Assembly: GCF_009914755.1 (NCBI RefSeq) | Contig: NC_060935.1 | DNA: 64,000 bases | Reading direction: 5' to 3' (one strand) | Source: the human T2T-CHM13v2.0 reference genome, Homo sapiens | Shown: piece by piece, positions 13,493 through 31,626 of the stretch | Layout: every line of letters begins with the position of its first letter | Numbering within the stretch: position 1 is the first letter of the stretch | Notes under the pieces: model-generated | Databases searched by the model: none | The model's input: only the letters and a program-made list of their open reading frames with translations | Told to the model about the DNA's origin: nothing | Program-made: the position numbers and the translations under genes

Positions 13493-13827
13493 TGGCAGCC
13501 TCAGGGAAAACTGAGCAAAGAATGAATTTGGACATTGCTTGGGAGAGCAGAAAAGGTTCTATGAGGAGGATGCAGGTCTCAGACATTCCAGCATAGGACA
13601 GATGAGCCAACCTTAAGTCCCAGACAGAGTGGAGGAGATTCTATTCCCGCCCCTACCCTGAGGCTGATTGTCCCAGTTCCCAGAAGGGACTCCCAGGAAA
13701 ATCCAGCCTGGAGAGGCTGCGCCCGGAGCAATTAAGAACAGGAAAAGGCCAGCAAGTGGTTTTGCTTTTCCCAAATAGAGTCCCCCTTCCCACTCCATTC
13801 GCCACTGCTGTCCCATTTCCTCCTTAC

Positions 13828-13908
13828 CTGGAGCATAACTGGGACTATTGGTGGGGTACAGGCTGGGATTGTAGGCAGGGGCAGCTGCTGGATAGGCTGT
13901 GGGGTAAC
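13828..13908 (-). CDS. FAM168A: FAM168A internal coding exon, 81 nt: (G)[26 protein letters not shown]
   Basis: cctaactaaataagccttttcttatctctctgtag|GTTACCCC...GCTCCAG|gtaagg. Phase 1-1 and in frame with the previous exon. Confidence 0.96.
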
Positions 13909-13944
13909 CTACAGAGAGATAAGAAAAGGCTTATTTAGTTAGGC

Positions 13945-13946
13945 AA

Positions 13947-13978
<32 letters not shown>

Positions 13979-13982
13979 AACA
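13945..13982. repeat. (CAAAA)n just upstream of the 81-nt exon branch point
   Basis: Read directly. Confidence 0.9.
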
Positions 13983-14199
13983 CCCAGATTTTTGAGGAAA
14001 TAGAATCCAAGTCCTAGGTTTGGCGTTCAGTCTCTCCATGGGCTATTCCAGATAGTATATGTGACCAGCTTTCAGCCTCTCAAGAGAAAAGTTACCAATA
14101 CCAAAATCCCAATATATGCAGACTTTTTGGTCTATTTTTTAAAAGCAATACAAGAAATATTCTATATGCTCACTATTAAAAAGAAAAAAAAAAGTAAGT

Positions 14200-14860
<661 letters not shown>

Positions 14861-15769
14861 GTATACTATATTCAGTTTGGGGGATTTTTTGAAATTTTTT
14901 TTATCATGGTAAAATACGTGTAATATAAAATGTGCAATTTAACCATTTTTAAATATATAATTCAGTAACATTAATGACATTTACAATGTTATGCAACTAT
15001 CATCACTATTTGTTTCCAAGACATTTTCATCATCCCAAACAGAAACTCTGTAACCATTAACAATACATCCCCCAATACTCAGCCTGGTAACCTCTAATCT
15101 ACTTTCTGTCTCTCTGAATTTGCCTATTTTATGTAATTATTTTATGTAAGTGGAATCATACACCATTTGTCCTTTTGTGTCTGGCTTCTTTCACTTAGCA
15201 TAATGTGTTTAAGGTTCATCCATGTTGTAACATGTACCAAAACTTCCTTCTTCTTTATGGCTGAATAATATTCCACTGTGTATATGCCAGACTTTCTTTA
15301 TCCGTTCATCTGTTGAGGGACGCCCAGGTTGTTTCTACCTTTTGGCTATTGTGAATAATGGTACAATAAACAATGACATGTAAGTATCTGTTTGAGTACC
15401 TGTTTTCAAATCTTTGGGATAAATACCAAGTAGTAGAATTGTTGGGTCATATGGTAATTCTATGTTTAGCTTTTTAAGGAACCACCAAACTGTTTTTCAC
15501 AATGTCTGTACTATTTTACATTCCCTCCAGCAATGCATGAGAGTTCAAATTTCTCTACATCCTCAACAACCCTTGTTTTATTATTATTATTATTATTATT
15601 ATAGCCATCCTATAGTAAGTGTGAAGTGGGATCTTAGTGTGGTTTTGAATTGCATTTCCCTAACGACTAACGATATTGAGCATTTTTCATGTACTTATTG
15701 GCTATCTGTATATCCTCTCTGGAGAAATGTCTATCCAAATCATTTTCCCATTTAAAAATACAATTATTT

Positions 15770-16044
15770 GGCCGGGCGCGGTGGCTCATGCCTGTAATCC
15801 CAGCACTTTGGGAGGCTGAGACTGGCAGATCACAAAGTCAAGAGATCGAGACCAGCCTGACAAACAAGGTGAAACCCCGTCTCTACTAAAAAAATAACAA
15901 AAATTAGCTGAGTGTGGTAGCGTGTGCCTGTACTCCCAGCTACTTGGGAGGCTGGGGCTGCAGTGAGCCGAGATGACGCCACTGCACTCCAGCCTGGTGA
16001 CAGAGTGAGACTCCATCTAAAAATAATAATAAAAATAAAATAAA
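15770..16044 (+). mobile_element. AluSc with right-arm internal deletion
   Basis: gggaggctgggg joins directly to ctgcagtgagcc, so the ggcaggagaatcgcttgaacc segment is absent; TSD ACAATTATTT. Confidence 0.9.
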
Positions 16045-16051
16045 ACAATTA

Positions 16052-16211
16052 TTTGTTTATTTTTTAAGAGACAGGGTCTTGTTCTATTACCCAGGATGGA
16101 GTATAATGGCAGGATCATAGCTCACTGTAGCTTCCAACTCATGGGCTCAAGCAATCCTCCTGCTTCAGCTTCCTGAATAGCTAGGCCTACAGGTGCGTGC
16201 CACCACGCCCC

Positions 16212-16243
<32 letters not shown>

Positions 16244-16343
16244 GTAGAGACGGGGGTCTCATTATGTTGCCCACACTGGTCTCAAACTCCTGGCCTCAAG
16301 TGATTTTCCTGCCTCGGCCTCCTAAAGTGCTGGGATTACAGGG
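16052..16343 (-). mobile_element. AluJ
   Basis: gatcatagctcactgtagc and gggctcaagcaatcctcc diagnostics; long central T run. Confidence 0.9.
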
Positions 16344-16918
16344 CATTTTCCCATTTTTTCATTGGGTGGTTTGTCTTTTTGCTGTTACACTGCAGAAGTT
16401 CTTTATATATTCTGAATATTAAACCATTATCAGATGTATTACTTACAAATATTTTCTCCCATTCTGTGGATTGTCTTTTTACTTTCTTTATAAAGCCTTT
16501 GATGCAAAAAAAAAAAATCAATTTTAAGTCCAATTTACCTATTTTTTTCTTTTCTTGATTATGCCTTTGAGTGTCCTATCTAAGAATCCACTGCCAAATC
16601 CAAGGTCATGAAGATTGACCCTTACGTTTTCTTCTAACAGTTTTATGGTTTTGGCTTATATTGAGATCACTGATCCATTTTGAGTTAATTTTTATATATG
16701 ATATGAGGTAGGGGTATACATAGTTATATATTCTACTTTTTCACTTTAACATTATAAACAATTCCTCATGTAATTACATATTCTTCAAAAGGCTTATTTT
16801 AATATCTTTATGATATTCCGTATGTAGATACATCATTTAACCATTGCCTGTTTTAGTTGTTTGAAAATTTCATTTTTATAATAGCTAACAAACTAAAATA
16901 ACCTAAGTAAATCTCTGA

Positions 16919-17281
<363 letters not shown>

Positions 17282-17304
17282 AGGTAGGCCTATTTTTAAA
17301 GTTT

Positions 17305-18030
17305 ATCCATCCAACAAACAATCTGAGTATCTACTTGGTGCCAGACACTGGTTTAGGGACTTTTGTCAGTGAACAAAACAAAGATTCCTGCCCTTGTGGA
17401 GTTTATATCCTAAGAGGGTGGGAGAAGGCACCCTTGGATAAATATTAAACATAAAGTCTTCAGTGCTATGGAAAAGAGAAAATGGGCAAAGTAAAGGGAA
17501 CCAGAAGTGCCAAAGTGTCGAGGGTAAGGGCACTGCAATATTAAACATGATAATCAAAGTAAGACATATTGAGAAGGTATTATTTTTGCAAAGGCTTAAA
17601 GGAAATGATAGTGTTAAGCAGATAGCTGAAGGAGTGTTTTAGACAAAACAGTCAGTGCAAAGGCCCTAAGGTGACAGCATATGGGACAATGTTGGAGGAA
17701 CAGCAAAAAGGCCAGTGTGGCTGGAATGGAACAAATGAGGGGGCAGTAGTAGTAGAGTAAGTCAGAGAGGTAAAGGGCTGGCCAGTTCATGTAGGGCTTT
17801 ACAGGCCACTGTGAGGACTTAGACTTCTATTCTGAGTGAAATGAGAAGACCTCATAGGGTTTTCAGCAGAAGAATAACATGCTTTGACTTATGTTTGAAA
17901 AGGGTCACTCTGATTGATGTGTTGAAAACAGACTATAAGCGGGTAGAGAAGCATAGCAATCAGCTGAGAGGCTACTGCAAGCTCCTGGCAATAGATGTGG
18001 GATTCAGGGAAATAGTGGAGGTTTGAAGAG
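17305..18030 (-). mobile_element. L2 (L2a-like) 3' region
   Basis: caacaaac..tgagtatctac..gtgccagacactg; gtgcaaaggccctaagg; ggccactgtgaggacttagacttctattctgagtgaaatg. Confidence 0.8.
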
Positions 18031-20126
18031 ACGTGACATCCCAAGAACCTTCACATACTTTGCCATACTGTTTTCTAGAAAGACCATCAATTTGTACTTG
18101 TTCTAGCAGTGTATAAGTGCCTGTCTCACTGCTTCCTGCAGTTGTTAAATGCTCACTGGTATTCTGACTGACAATGAAAAGCTGGTTTTAAAAGTCAAAG
18201 ATTAAATCCCTAAATCCCTAAAAGCTTCTTTGGGATTTGTAAATACTGGAGCTTTAATAATGTATCTTTGTTAATATGCCTTTCCCTAAATCCTTTCCAA
18301 TTCCAAAGAAAATTCATCTCTTTACCCCCTGATCATTTTCTGATTTTAGAACTGAGGTAGCTAACTTGTTGATTAATTAGCAATCTGGAGGTGTGCTACT
18401 TCTCAAGAAGAAAGTCAGGGGTCTAATCTGGGAAGCCAGGTGATCCAGTCTCATAGCCAAAATCTGTACTCAGCTTCATGTGAGAAATTGTGCAGCCACA
18501 GGTAATCACACTCCTGTTTTGTCATTTCAGATGTCTTTCACTTTAGGGGCAATTATAGGATGTTCCTTCAATGTTTCCAAGTGGAATTATTTTTAATTCA
18601 CTTGAATTTGGCAGATATTATATAATGGCAGCATTACAGGGAGCTTTATTTGGTCCTCCCTCCCTCTCTTTCCTTCCTTTCTTACTTCTTTTCTTACCTT
18701 CCTTCCTTCCCTTCTTACTTTACTTATTTATTTATTTATTAATTACAGGATCTCAAGCATTGCCTGAGTCCAGGAGTTTTATAACTGTTAATACATTATG
18801 TCTGGTCAGGTATGGTGGCTCACACCTGTAATCTCAACACTCTGGGAGGCTGAAGTAGGAGGATTGCTTGAGCTCAGGATCTCTACAGTCTTGTGACACA
18901 TGACTGTACACTGAGTTCTTGAAAAGACATACCGTCTCTATTTCACTCATTTCTCATACAAAAGATATTTTCGCATTTGCTTTTCATTTGAGCCTCAAAT
19001 CAATCCTAATGTGATTTCTCCCATTTTATAGCTAATCAAATAGAGGTTGAGAGGTGAAGTAACTTTCTGGTTAAGATTATTCAGCAAGTCAGTGGTCGAA
19101 TTGGGAAGGGAATCCCAAAAGCAATGCCTTTTCCACACCTACCAAATAATTATCACTTTGTCCTTAGAAACAAGCCTGCCCCTTTTGTATTTGTATTTTT
19201 TGAAGGTCAAGAGTGAAGAGAATAAATGGACACAAGTTAGCTTTTTTCCTTTATATCCTAAAGGCTGCAGTAGTGATCAGGTATTCTGGGATTTTGATGT
19301 GTACATTTTAATTGCTTTATAGATGTCAATACAATCTAAGCCTCTTTTCTTGTTGGTACTAGGATTAGGACTAAAGAAATGTAAAGCTATTTTTTGATTA
19401 ATATGGAAATTAGAAATTACTTTCAACAGAAATCAGGGGACTATTTCTGAAAATACTTTACCTTTAGGAGCTTAAAATAGCAGAGTATCAAAAGGCCAGA
19501 GGAAGACAAACTCCCTGGCTCAGAAAGACAAAGAGGCTTACTTCTTTGTGAGCAGGAGAATACTTAGGCAATGAAGACATTTTAGGTCTGAAGCTCACAA
19601 TTAAAAAGAAAACTGCCCTGCAAATGACCCCCTAGGGTGATCAAAACCAAAACAAGACCAAAAAAAAAATCTTTATTCTCTCAAGATAATAAAGAAGAGG
19701 GCAAGAGGAAGGATGTAATTTTGAATCTGTATTATGTTCTGGCCACTGTGCTAGGCACTTCTATATCTGATTTAATCTCTACCCAAAGTCAACAAAATAT
19801 ATTACTAGTTCCATTTTAGAGAGAGGATATTAAGACTTCTCTTACAGAGCTAATAAGTAGAGAGTGGAGACAGAACCCATTCCTACCAACCTCCCTGCCT
19901 CTCCTCAAAATGAGTCTACTCAGAGAAAATCTCTGGATTTGGCTGCCATTTACTTTGCCAAAATTCTTTTACTTTATCTTCAAAACCAAGGAAAAAAGGA
20001 AATTACTCTGGAGAGTCAATTTGGTCAAAGATGGCTGTGTTTAAGAAAAGAAATAAAACAACAACTACTGTTTCCACTCAGTGGAAAGGTCATGGTTGTG
20101 TTATTGAAAAGTATCACAGGCACTGA

Positions 20127-20666
<540 letters not shown>

Positions 20667-21234
20667 CAGCATACTCTTCTAATGATGGTATGCTCAGAAC
20701 CTCTTCAGTGAGTCAAAGCACCGACTGGAGAGCTCTGAAGTTAGAAAATTCTTCACTCTGAGCTAAAAATCTGACTTATTAAGAATCTTACCCTGAACAT
20801 TTTTTCAGCCACTGGAGTGCAGAGGCTGAGGCAGGAGAACTGCTTGAACCCAAGACACAGAGGTTGCAGTGAGTCGAGATCGCACCATTGCACTCTAGTT
20901 CCTGGTCCTAGTTCTACCCTCACAGAACATGTCTGTTTCCTCTCCTCCTGGACAGCTTGCTAGAGATATGAAGATATCCATGATTCCTCCTGAATTTTCT
21001 TGTGTTCAAATCCAACAGACCCAGTTCCTTCAATCTTCCCTCATCCTGACTGCTCACCTGTGATCAGACTTCAATTTACAAATCCCCTTCCCTTAAAACA
21101 ATTCAATTTTTCTTCTTGCCTCGTTGATTCCTCTGCTGATAGTTTTTCCCCAATTAAAAAAAGATAATTAAGCTGACATAACAAGACTATGGTGATTGTG
21201 GTCAGTGAAGGCCTAAAGTGACTGCATCCAGATT

Positions 21235-21287
21235 TCATCATCATCATCATCATCGTCATCATCATCATCATCACCATCATCATCATA
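21235..21287. repeat. (CAT)n trinucleotide repeat, imperfect
   Basis: Read directly. Confidence 0.95.
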
Positions 21288-21289
21288 GC

Positions 21290-22000
21290 ATCTGGCAAAT
21301 ACTCTGTGGCAAGCAGGGTGCTAGGTTCTTTACAGAGCACTTACAGTCTAATGGGAAAATAATATAGTTATTTAAATTAATCTCTAGCAGTAATATATGT
21401 AAGATATAATCAGAGAATGCTGAAAGTGTTATCAGAATGCTGAGGAGGAAATGAAGAACATGTTTAGAATAGTTGGGAAAGGCTTCTTAGAGAAATAAAC
21501 ATTTTAGTTGGCTTTGAACAATGAATGGGAGGAGTTTGTCAAGGTGCGGAGGGGGCAGGAACAAAGAAATATATACTGATTCCATGCATGAAGGTATGAA
21601 AGTGCATACCACATTAGGGAAATGGCAAACAGTTAAGTACAGTTGGAATTTACTGCGTGCGGGGAAAAGTGGCAGGAAATAAAGATAAAAAGGTAGACTG
21701 GGGGACAGGCTGTGAAGGGATTTGAATGCCAGGCTAAGGGATGGAATTAATCAAAAAATAACAGGAAAACATTGGAGGGTTTTAAACTGGGGGGTTTCAT
21801 ATGTATGTCTTACAAAAACTACTCTGGCGGCAGAATGAAAAGGAGTTCAGAGTGGTTAAGATCAGAGAAGGAGGAACACGATAGTAAGTCACTACAGTAG
21901 CCCAAAGGAAAAGCTAAAACACTAGCAATAGGATGAAGAGAGGAGGGACTACAAAGATGTTTAGGAGGCAGAGCCTACAAAATCTGATCCTGAGCACAAA
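21290..22000 (-). mobile_element. Degenerate L2
   Basis: cttacagtctaatggg, gggaaaggcttcttagag and gaatgccaggctaagg motifs. Confidence 0.7.
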
Positions 22001-23016
22001 ACCCCATTTTAGTCCTGTGGGCTAAGAAGCTACAAAGAATGACGGGAAACACTCTAACTGCAGGGTTTGCAAGTACTATCCCCCCGCCTCACCCCCCCTT
22101 CTTTTCTTTGATAGGCAGAAGGAAATAAAATAAATAGACCCTTGAATCTGTTAGCTCCAGAAAAATGCATGAATCTGAATTTCTCTTACTAGCTGGGAGG
22201 CTTGACTGCTGAGAGTGCTATACTGGTGAAAATGTAGGTCAGCCCAAGCAGGCAGCAGTTCTGTAGTGCTGGCTCTGAACCTGTCCACCAGACCTGAATC
22301 TAAGATAGCCTGTATATTAGATTCAAGGCCCAGCCACCCAGCCTTCCACTGGCGAGCTGCAGGGAATTGTAAAGGGTGTGAACTATAATAAATGAGGCAC
22401 TGTTCTCATCTAGGGCAAGGCAGCTCCTCCTGAGGTAACAAGACAGGAGGAAATATCCAGTAATCAATTGCGCTCTGAGTTGTGCTGCATCTTCAGAGAA
22501 AGCATACCTATCCAGGTTAAAGGCCAGCAACCTCTGGGTCATTCACCTAGGCTGAGCCCTAGCACAGAAAGGCTGCTAAAACCAGATCAGCCTTAACTTC
22601 CTATGTTATTAGTGTACAAACAGTATCAACAACAAAAAAGATAAGAAAATAAGTTGCTTAGACGCTAGTAATATAACTGCTCCTACGTAAATATATAAGG
22701 CCAAGAGTGTGCTGTTGCCTCAGGACAATTTTTTTTTTAACAAATCTAAAAATATCTCTGCAGTTCCCTATCTGCTGGTATAGGAGAAATTTTAATGGGA
22801 AGCAGATGGCCTATTCTCTCAATCCCCATTCTAGGAGTGTGCTGTTGCTTCTTTTTTCTCCTACATTTATAAGGCACTTGGGAGGTACTCAACACTTTAG
22901 AGGTTGTTTGGTGTCTCTGACCTCTGTGTGTTTATCTTCTAAAACAGATCAAAGAGCAAGGTGAAATTTTGTGAATCGATAATTTGGTCCATGAATACCT
23001 TTGTCTCTCAGGTCAC

Positions 23017-23322
<306 letters not shown>

Positions 23323-23500
23323 CACTCTTTTATTCTACTGTTCCATTTAAAGAGATTTACTGAAGGGAAAAATCTTGCTCAGATTCAACAAAATATATTA
23401 GAACACTTGTTTTCCATGTAAAATAATAAAATTAGACACCCCCACCCCACACCTCACACTTCTCCAATTCTAGAAAGACCAAAGACTTTAAAATAAAACA

Positions 23501-23843
<343 letters not shown>

Positions 23844-24106
23844 TTACAAAGTGTTTCTTAGATGATACCAAAAGGGAGAACCACAAAAGGGTGAAAAAAT
23901 TAACTAATTAAAACATAAAGTTCTATATGTCAGAAGATGCCATAAACAAAGTTAAAAGGCAAGCACAGAGAAATAAAAGACATTTGTAACATATGTAACA
24001 TTGGACTAGAGGCCAGATTAAAAAACTCATATCAATCAAGAAGAAATGAAAATAAGCCAATAGAATCTAATCAGGCAACAATTCACAAAAGAAACCATAC
24101 AGCTGA

Positions 24107-24494
<388 letters not shown>

Positions 24495-24564
24495 AGGCAG
24501 GCAAAAAAATTTTAAAGTGTAACAATATCAGGTGTTGGATAGGACCCAAAACAATGCTCCTATT

Positions 24565-25957
<1,393 letters not shown>

Positions 25958-26077
25958 CTTTTCTTTCTTTCTTTCTTTTTTTTTTTTTTGAGACAGAGTG
26001 AGTAAAGATGCTGACAGTAAAGGAAAGGAGAGGAAGTGACAGCTTGAGGAGACAGAAGAGTCCACAGGAATTTTCCT

Positions 26078-26090
26078 TTATATATACAAA

Positions 26091-26136
<46 letters not shown>
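26078..26136. repeat. (TA)n microsatellite
   Basis: Read directly. Confidence 0.95.
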
Positions 26137-26139
<3 letters not shown>

Positions 26140-28116
26140 AAGCCTTTTTTCCACCCTTAAAAATGGAGGAAATTAGGAGCACATAACTAAAGGCATCTTT
26201 GTTTACATTTACACTCAGGTTGCTAAAGTTCACTTTTATACTTATTTTATCATCCCAAAGCCTGTATCCTACAACCTTTCTTAGCCCTTTCCCAGTGCTA
26301 TAATTAGTTGTAGGCTGGAAAGCCAAAAATCCATGCTTTTTAGAATTATGTATACATTAAATGTTAATACTTGAGCGACTGCCTTCAAAAATAAGCCAAG
26401 TGCACAAACTTTGGCCAATTTAACTAAATAAATACTTATTTGAGCACTTAATGTGTGCTAAGTGCTATAATGAATGCAAAAGGAAGACATAATTCTTGCC
26501 CTCCGTGAACTCACCATCTAATGAGAAAGACAAGCAAGAACATAAGTAACCCTGATATTAGGCTGCCAGGGACAAAGGCCATCACAGAGGGAGATATAAG
26601 CGTTGTGAGAGAAGAGGGAAGAAAGACGAAAAGACTTTTAATCTGGTCTGGCTTCTGGATTGGAAAGGTTGCTGCAACTCCAAGTTAGTGACAGGAGATA
26701 CCTTAAATAGAGTGTTACCTGTGCTCAGGTCATGTCCCCTTCCCTACTGTTGTGGACACTGACAGCAGGTGTCAAACTGAGACAACCTGTAGTGTTATGC
26801 AACAGTGGCGCTTCATTTATAGGCAGACCTAGGTTTAAATTCCAGCTCTTTTACTTTTTAGCTCTGTGACTTTGGGCAAATCACTTCAATTTTCAAAGCC
26901 TGGGTTTTGATATTTTAAAAAATAGACACAATCAGTTAACTTACTTATTGGTAAATAATTTTTGAGTATCTATTCTATGTTAGCACCAGTGTCCTTTTTT
27001 CCTTCTCCTGTATCTGCATGTGGGCCGGCTTGGAAGGTGAGCAGGGCCAGGCCAGAGTAAGTTCAGAGCAAGCCCTAAACTTACTTCGTAGAGACCCATC
27101 TAAACATTCTTACTGTGAATCAAAAGAAGATATTTCCTCCTCTGGCTATCCTAAAGGAGCCATCATAGTCCAGTGGGAAGAACGGGGGTTCTGAAGGCAG
27201 GCAGTGTGGATTCAAAAGTCAGCTGTACCATTTACCAGACATAATATCATAGAAAAGTCCCTTTACCTAATCCTCATGAACACAAGGATATCCTATACTG
27301 CAGGCCAGAAAATTATAAAAGATGGCATGCAAAGCAACTAGCATAAATACTTGGCACAGAACAGTAAGTACTTCAGTAAATAATAGTCTCCCACCCATGC
27401 CCTTTTCATTAAAAGTTCCCTGTTGGAAACAATTGTGTTTGCCCATGGATTTTAAGATTGTTTGATGAAAAATCTTCCAGATCCTCAATCATGTGCCTTA
27501 TCACCCTGCCTTTCCCTCAACTCTCACATGGCTCCAGCTGGTTAGGCCTATTATTGTTTGACCAAGCACAAGCTGGACAAAAGCAAGCTTCTAGTCAGCA
27601 TGGCTTTTTGTAGAAACAGTAAACCAGTCATTCTCTGAATACAGGTAATTTTTTGTATACTGTTGTGAGTATGTGTATTTACAATCTTTTGTGCATTTTA
27701 AAACATTTTTGTCCCTCTTTAAAAAATTGTAAATGAAAGTGTCCCCACATTTTTGCCTTTTTATTTGTAATTTATTTCAGTCTATTATTTCTGCTTTATG
27801 CTACTAGCTAATAGTGAAAGTTCAAACAACCTAAATGTCTACCAACAGGGCATTAGCTGAAACAAATCTAAACCCAATCTAGAATTCCTTAAGTAAATTA
27901 AGGTGAGTTATACAACAGTACATAGCATATACTCTCATTTTTGTTGAAAAACAATGTATGTATGTTCATTTTAAAAGACCTAGAAAAACAGATATACAAT
28001 TATTAGTGTTCCTCTATGTTCTTCTCATGTCAGTATTCTCTATTTTTTCTAAAATGAGCATACACTGTTTTGGAAATAAGGTAAAACAACAAGAGAAGCC
28101 ATAAAATGATTATATT

Positions 28117-28412
<296 letters not shown>

Positions 28413-28555
28413 GATTATATTATCGGTCGGACATTAGATATTTTCAATTAATCTCTTATTGTTAGACATGTCATCTGTTCCAAATAACTGCCACTCATAC
28501 TTCTGGCAGAGCCAGAACTAGAATACAAACACCCAGTAGATATATGTAAAAATGT

Positions 28556-28558
<3 letters not shown>

Positions 28559-28587
<29 letters not shown>

Positions 28588-28702
28588 GGTAGAGACAGGG
28601 TCTCAATATGTTACCCAGGCTGGTCTCTCCTGGCTTCAAGTGATCCTCCCTCCTCAGCATCCCAAAGTGCTGGGATTACAGGAATGAGCCTCAGGTCCAG
28701 CC
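28559..28702 (-). mobile_element. Free left Alu monomer (FLAM) or AluJ left arm
   Basis: Single monomer with a long T tail. Confidence 0.8.
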
Positions 28703-30405
28703 TTTAAAAACTCTTATTGGGCCCTAAAAATTTAAAGGGTTGTTGTTTCCAGAGACTTTGTCAACAGGCTGGTGAGGTCCTAAAGGAAGTAGGTGGGAAA
28801 TGTGTGCAACATGCACACCAGGACAGGATTTTCAAATAAAGTGAAATGGAACATGTCTTAGGTCAATGATCTCTAGAAAATACTACCATTTCAACACCTT
28901 TTTGTTTAGAGCTACCATTAGGTTACTATATGACCTGGGCAAGACACTTACAGCCCTTATCAAATATTCTATCTCTGTTTCCTCATCTGCAAGATAGTAA
29001 CAACAGCTACTATTAAATGAACATCTCCCATAATGTTTTACAAGTGGGAAAACTGGGGCTCTAAGAGGTTAAGTAATTTGCTCATGGTTATGTAAGTGAC
29101 AGTTAAGATTGAAACCAGATCTGACAAAAGAGAATGAAGGTAGGGAAATATCTGGCTCTATTTCTATGAGCTATTTTATTTTTTCCTTTTAACATTAAGG
29201 AGGTATCAGCAGAACTTTCTTTGTACAATGCAAATGACACTGTGTACTCTGTGGGATTGAATTAGAAGGTACATTGAATTACAATTAACTCAGGCCTCAT
29301 CTTAACAGCTGAGTAATTAGATCAATCTAATCTTCTGAATTTTACTGCTTGTTTTATTATGACCTATAATCAGTTGAAATTATAACAGGAAGTCTAAAAG
29401 TCTTATACAAAGGCAACATGCTGCAAAGGAAAGAACATTTCCTAACTCTCAGTAGCTGGATGATTCAAGGCAAGTTACTTAACTACTTTGCACCTCAGTT
29501 TCCAAATCTATTAATATAAAATAGGAAGACCACTGTCCCACAATTACCAAGGTATACTGTTTAGAAATGCCCAAGAACTAGAAAAAAGAGGGATTCCTCA
29601 AGGGATATGAGAAAATTACCTGAGCAACATCTAAAAGGAAAGGTCTCTGACACACACTCTGGCCTCAGTACCCCCAAGAACTCAGTGAAGGTCATGCCCA
29701 TGCAACCTGTCACCTTTGCTGGAGGAAGCCTGAGGTAAGTCCAGATTCCTCCTCCTCCCTCACTCCCTAAGTCCAACATCAAGTCCTAACTTATTCATTC
29801 ATATTCCACAAATATTGAATGCCTACTGAAAGCTAGACACTGTTCTCTCTAAAAATGTCTCAAACATGTCCCCACCTCTGCATCTCAAATACAGCTCCTA
29901 GTTCAGGTCTCTTGACTGAAGTATCAACACTCTCCTAACTGGTCTTCTCCTTTTTCCCTCTCTCTCCAATCCATCCATCTCATTACATCCAGAGAGATCT
30001 TTCAAAAATGCCAACCTATCCATCATGCCTAAAAGTCTCTGGCAGCTTCCCACCACCAAGGATAAAGTTCCAAACTTCTTATCACAGCATAAAGACCAGC
30101 CAAGTCCAGCTCTTGCACATTTAGATGTCCTATTTCTTCTCTTGCCACGCCGGGTCTGGCATTTTACACTTCAACAACAACATACAGCTGTTCTAACATT
30201 TGATTATTCTATTTTCATGTCATTGTTCAGGCTCTTTTCAATGCTCAGATAGTCCTTCTCTTGTTCACTTCACCTCCTTCTCCAAAATGTCTTCCTTGAC
30301 CTTCTCCCCTTCAGACTAGATTAGGTGTTCCTTCTGGTTATTATTCCCTTAACTAGTTTTTCTTATATTCCTTATCAAATTACATTTCCAGTTTTCTCAA
30401 ATATT

Positions 30406-30821
<416 letters not shown>

Positions 30822-31178
30822 TCACTGCCCAAACCTATTTTTTTTTTTCAGTCTTTCTCCCTTTCTAATCCCTCTCTAATCACCAAGCCTTGTGGCTGAT
30901 AAGACCCCTTGGCCTGGGTCTATCCAAGATAGACCCATCAGCTAACTACCATTTCCCTACTGATTCAACTTCCACTGCAGAAAAAGCTGCATGGACTTCA
31001 GATTCAGAGACAGACTCAAATCCTAATTTTGTCATTTCAAACTATAAATTCAGGCAAGTTACTTCCACTCACTGAGCTTTAGCTATCTCTTATATAAAAC
31101 GGGATAATAATCACTTTGCAGAGTTGAGATGATAATGCTAATAATAAAATCCAGTATTATTACTTATGTGTCAAGTTA

Positions 31179-31483
31179 CTTTTTGTTTGTTTGTTTGTTT
31201 GTTTGAGACACAGTCTCGCTCTGTTGCCAGGGTGGAGTACAGTGATGTGGTCTTGGCTCACTGCAACCTCTGCCTCCTGGGTCCAACCAATTCTCCTGCG
31301 TTAGCCTCCCAAGTAGCTGGGACTACAGGTGCATGTCACCACGCCCAGCTAATTTTTGTATTTTTAGTAGAGACGGGGTTTCACCATGTTGGCCAGGATG
31401 GTCTTGATTTCTTGACCTTGTGATCCGCCCGCCTCAGCCTCCCAAAGTGCTGGGATTACAGGTGTGAGCCACCACGCCCAGCC
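31179..31483 (-). mobile_element. AluSc-like with (TTTG)n tail
   Basis: TSD ATGT(G/A)TCAAGT. Confidence 0.9.
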
Positions 31484-31626
31484 CCATGTATCAAGTATTT
31501 ATGCTAAGCGCTTCACATTAATCCCATCTAATCCTCACAACCCTTTCATGAGGTAGGTCCTACCATTACCTTTATTGTATAGATGAGAAACCAACTAGAG
31601 AAGCTAATTTACTTGCCTGGGTAATT

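Larger units (their letters stand above)
14890..16720 (-). mobile_element. Old L1 (L1MB-like) 3' region interrupted by two Alus
   Basis: Antisense L1 3'UTR/ORF2-end text (ttcacttagcataatg..., tggagaaatgtctat..., attttctcccattctgtgg). Confidence 0.85.

Noticed and set aside
13338-13610. His/Thr- and Cys/Val-repeat ORFs, and the repeat-spacer look of the array
   Set aside because: Products of (CA)/(TG) microsatellites. The constant unit is only 6-8 nt and the spacers are TG runs, so it is not CRISPR-like.
21071-21340. Poly-Met ORF
   Set aside because: Translation of a (CAT)n repeat beside L2 sequence.
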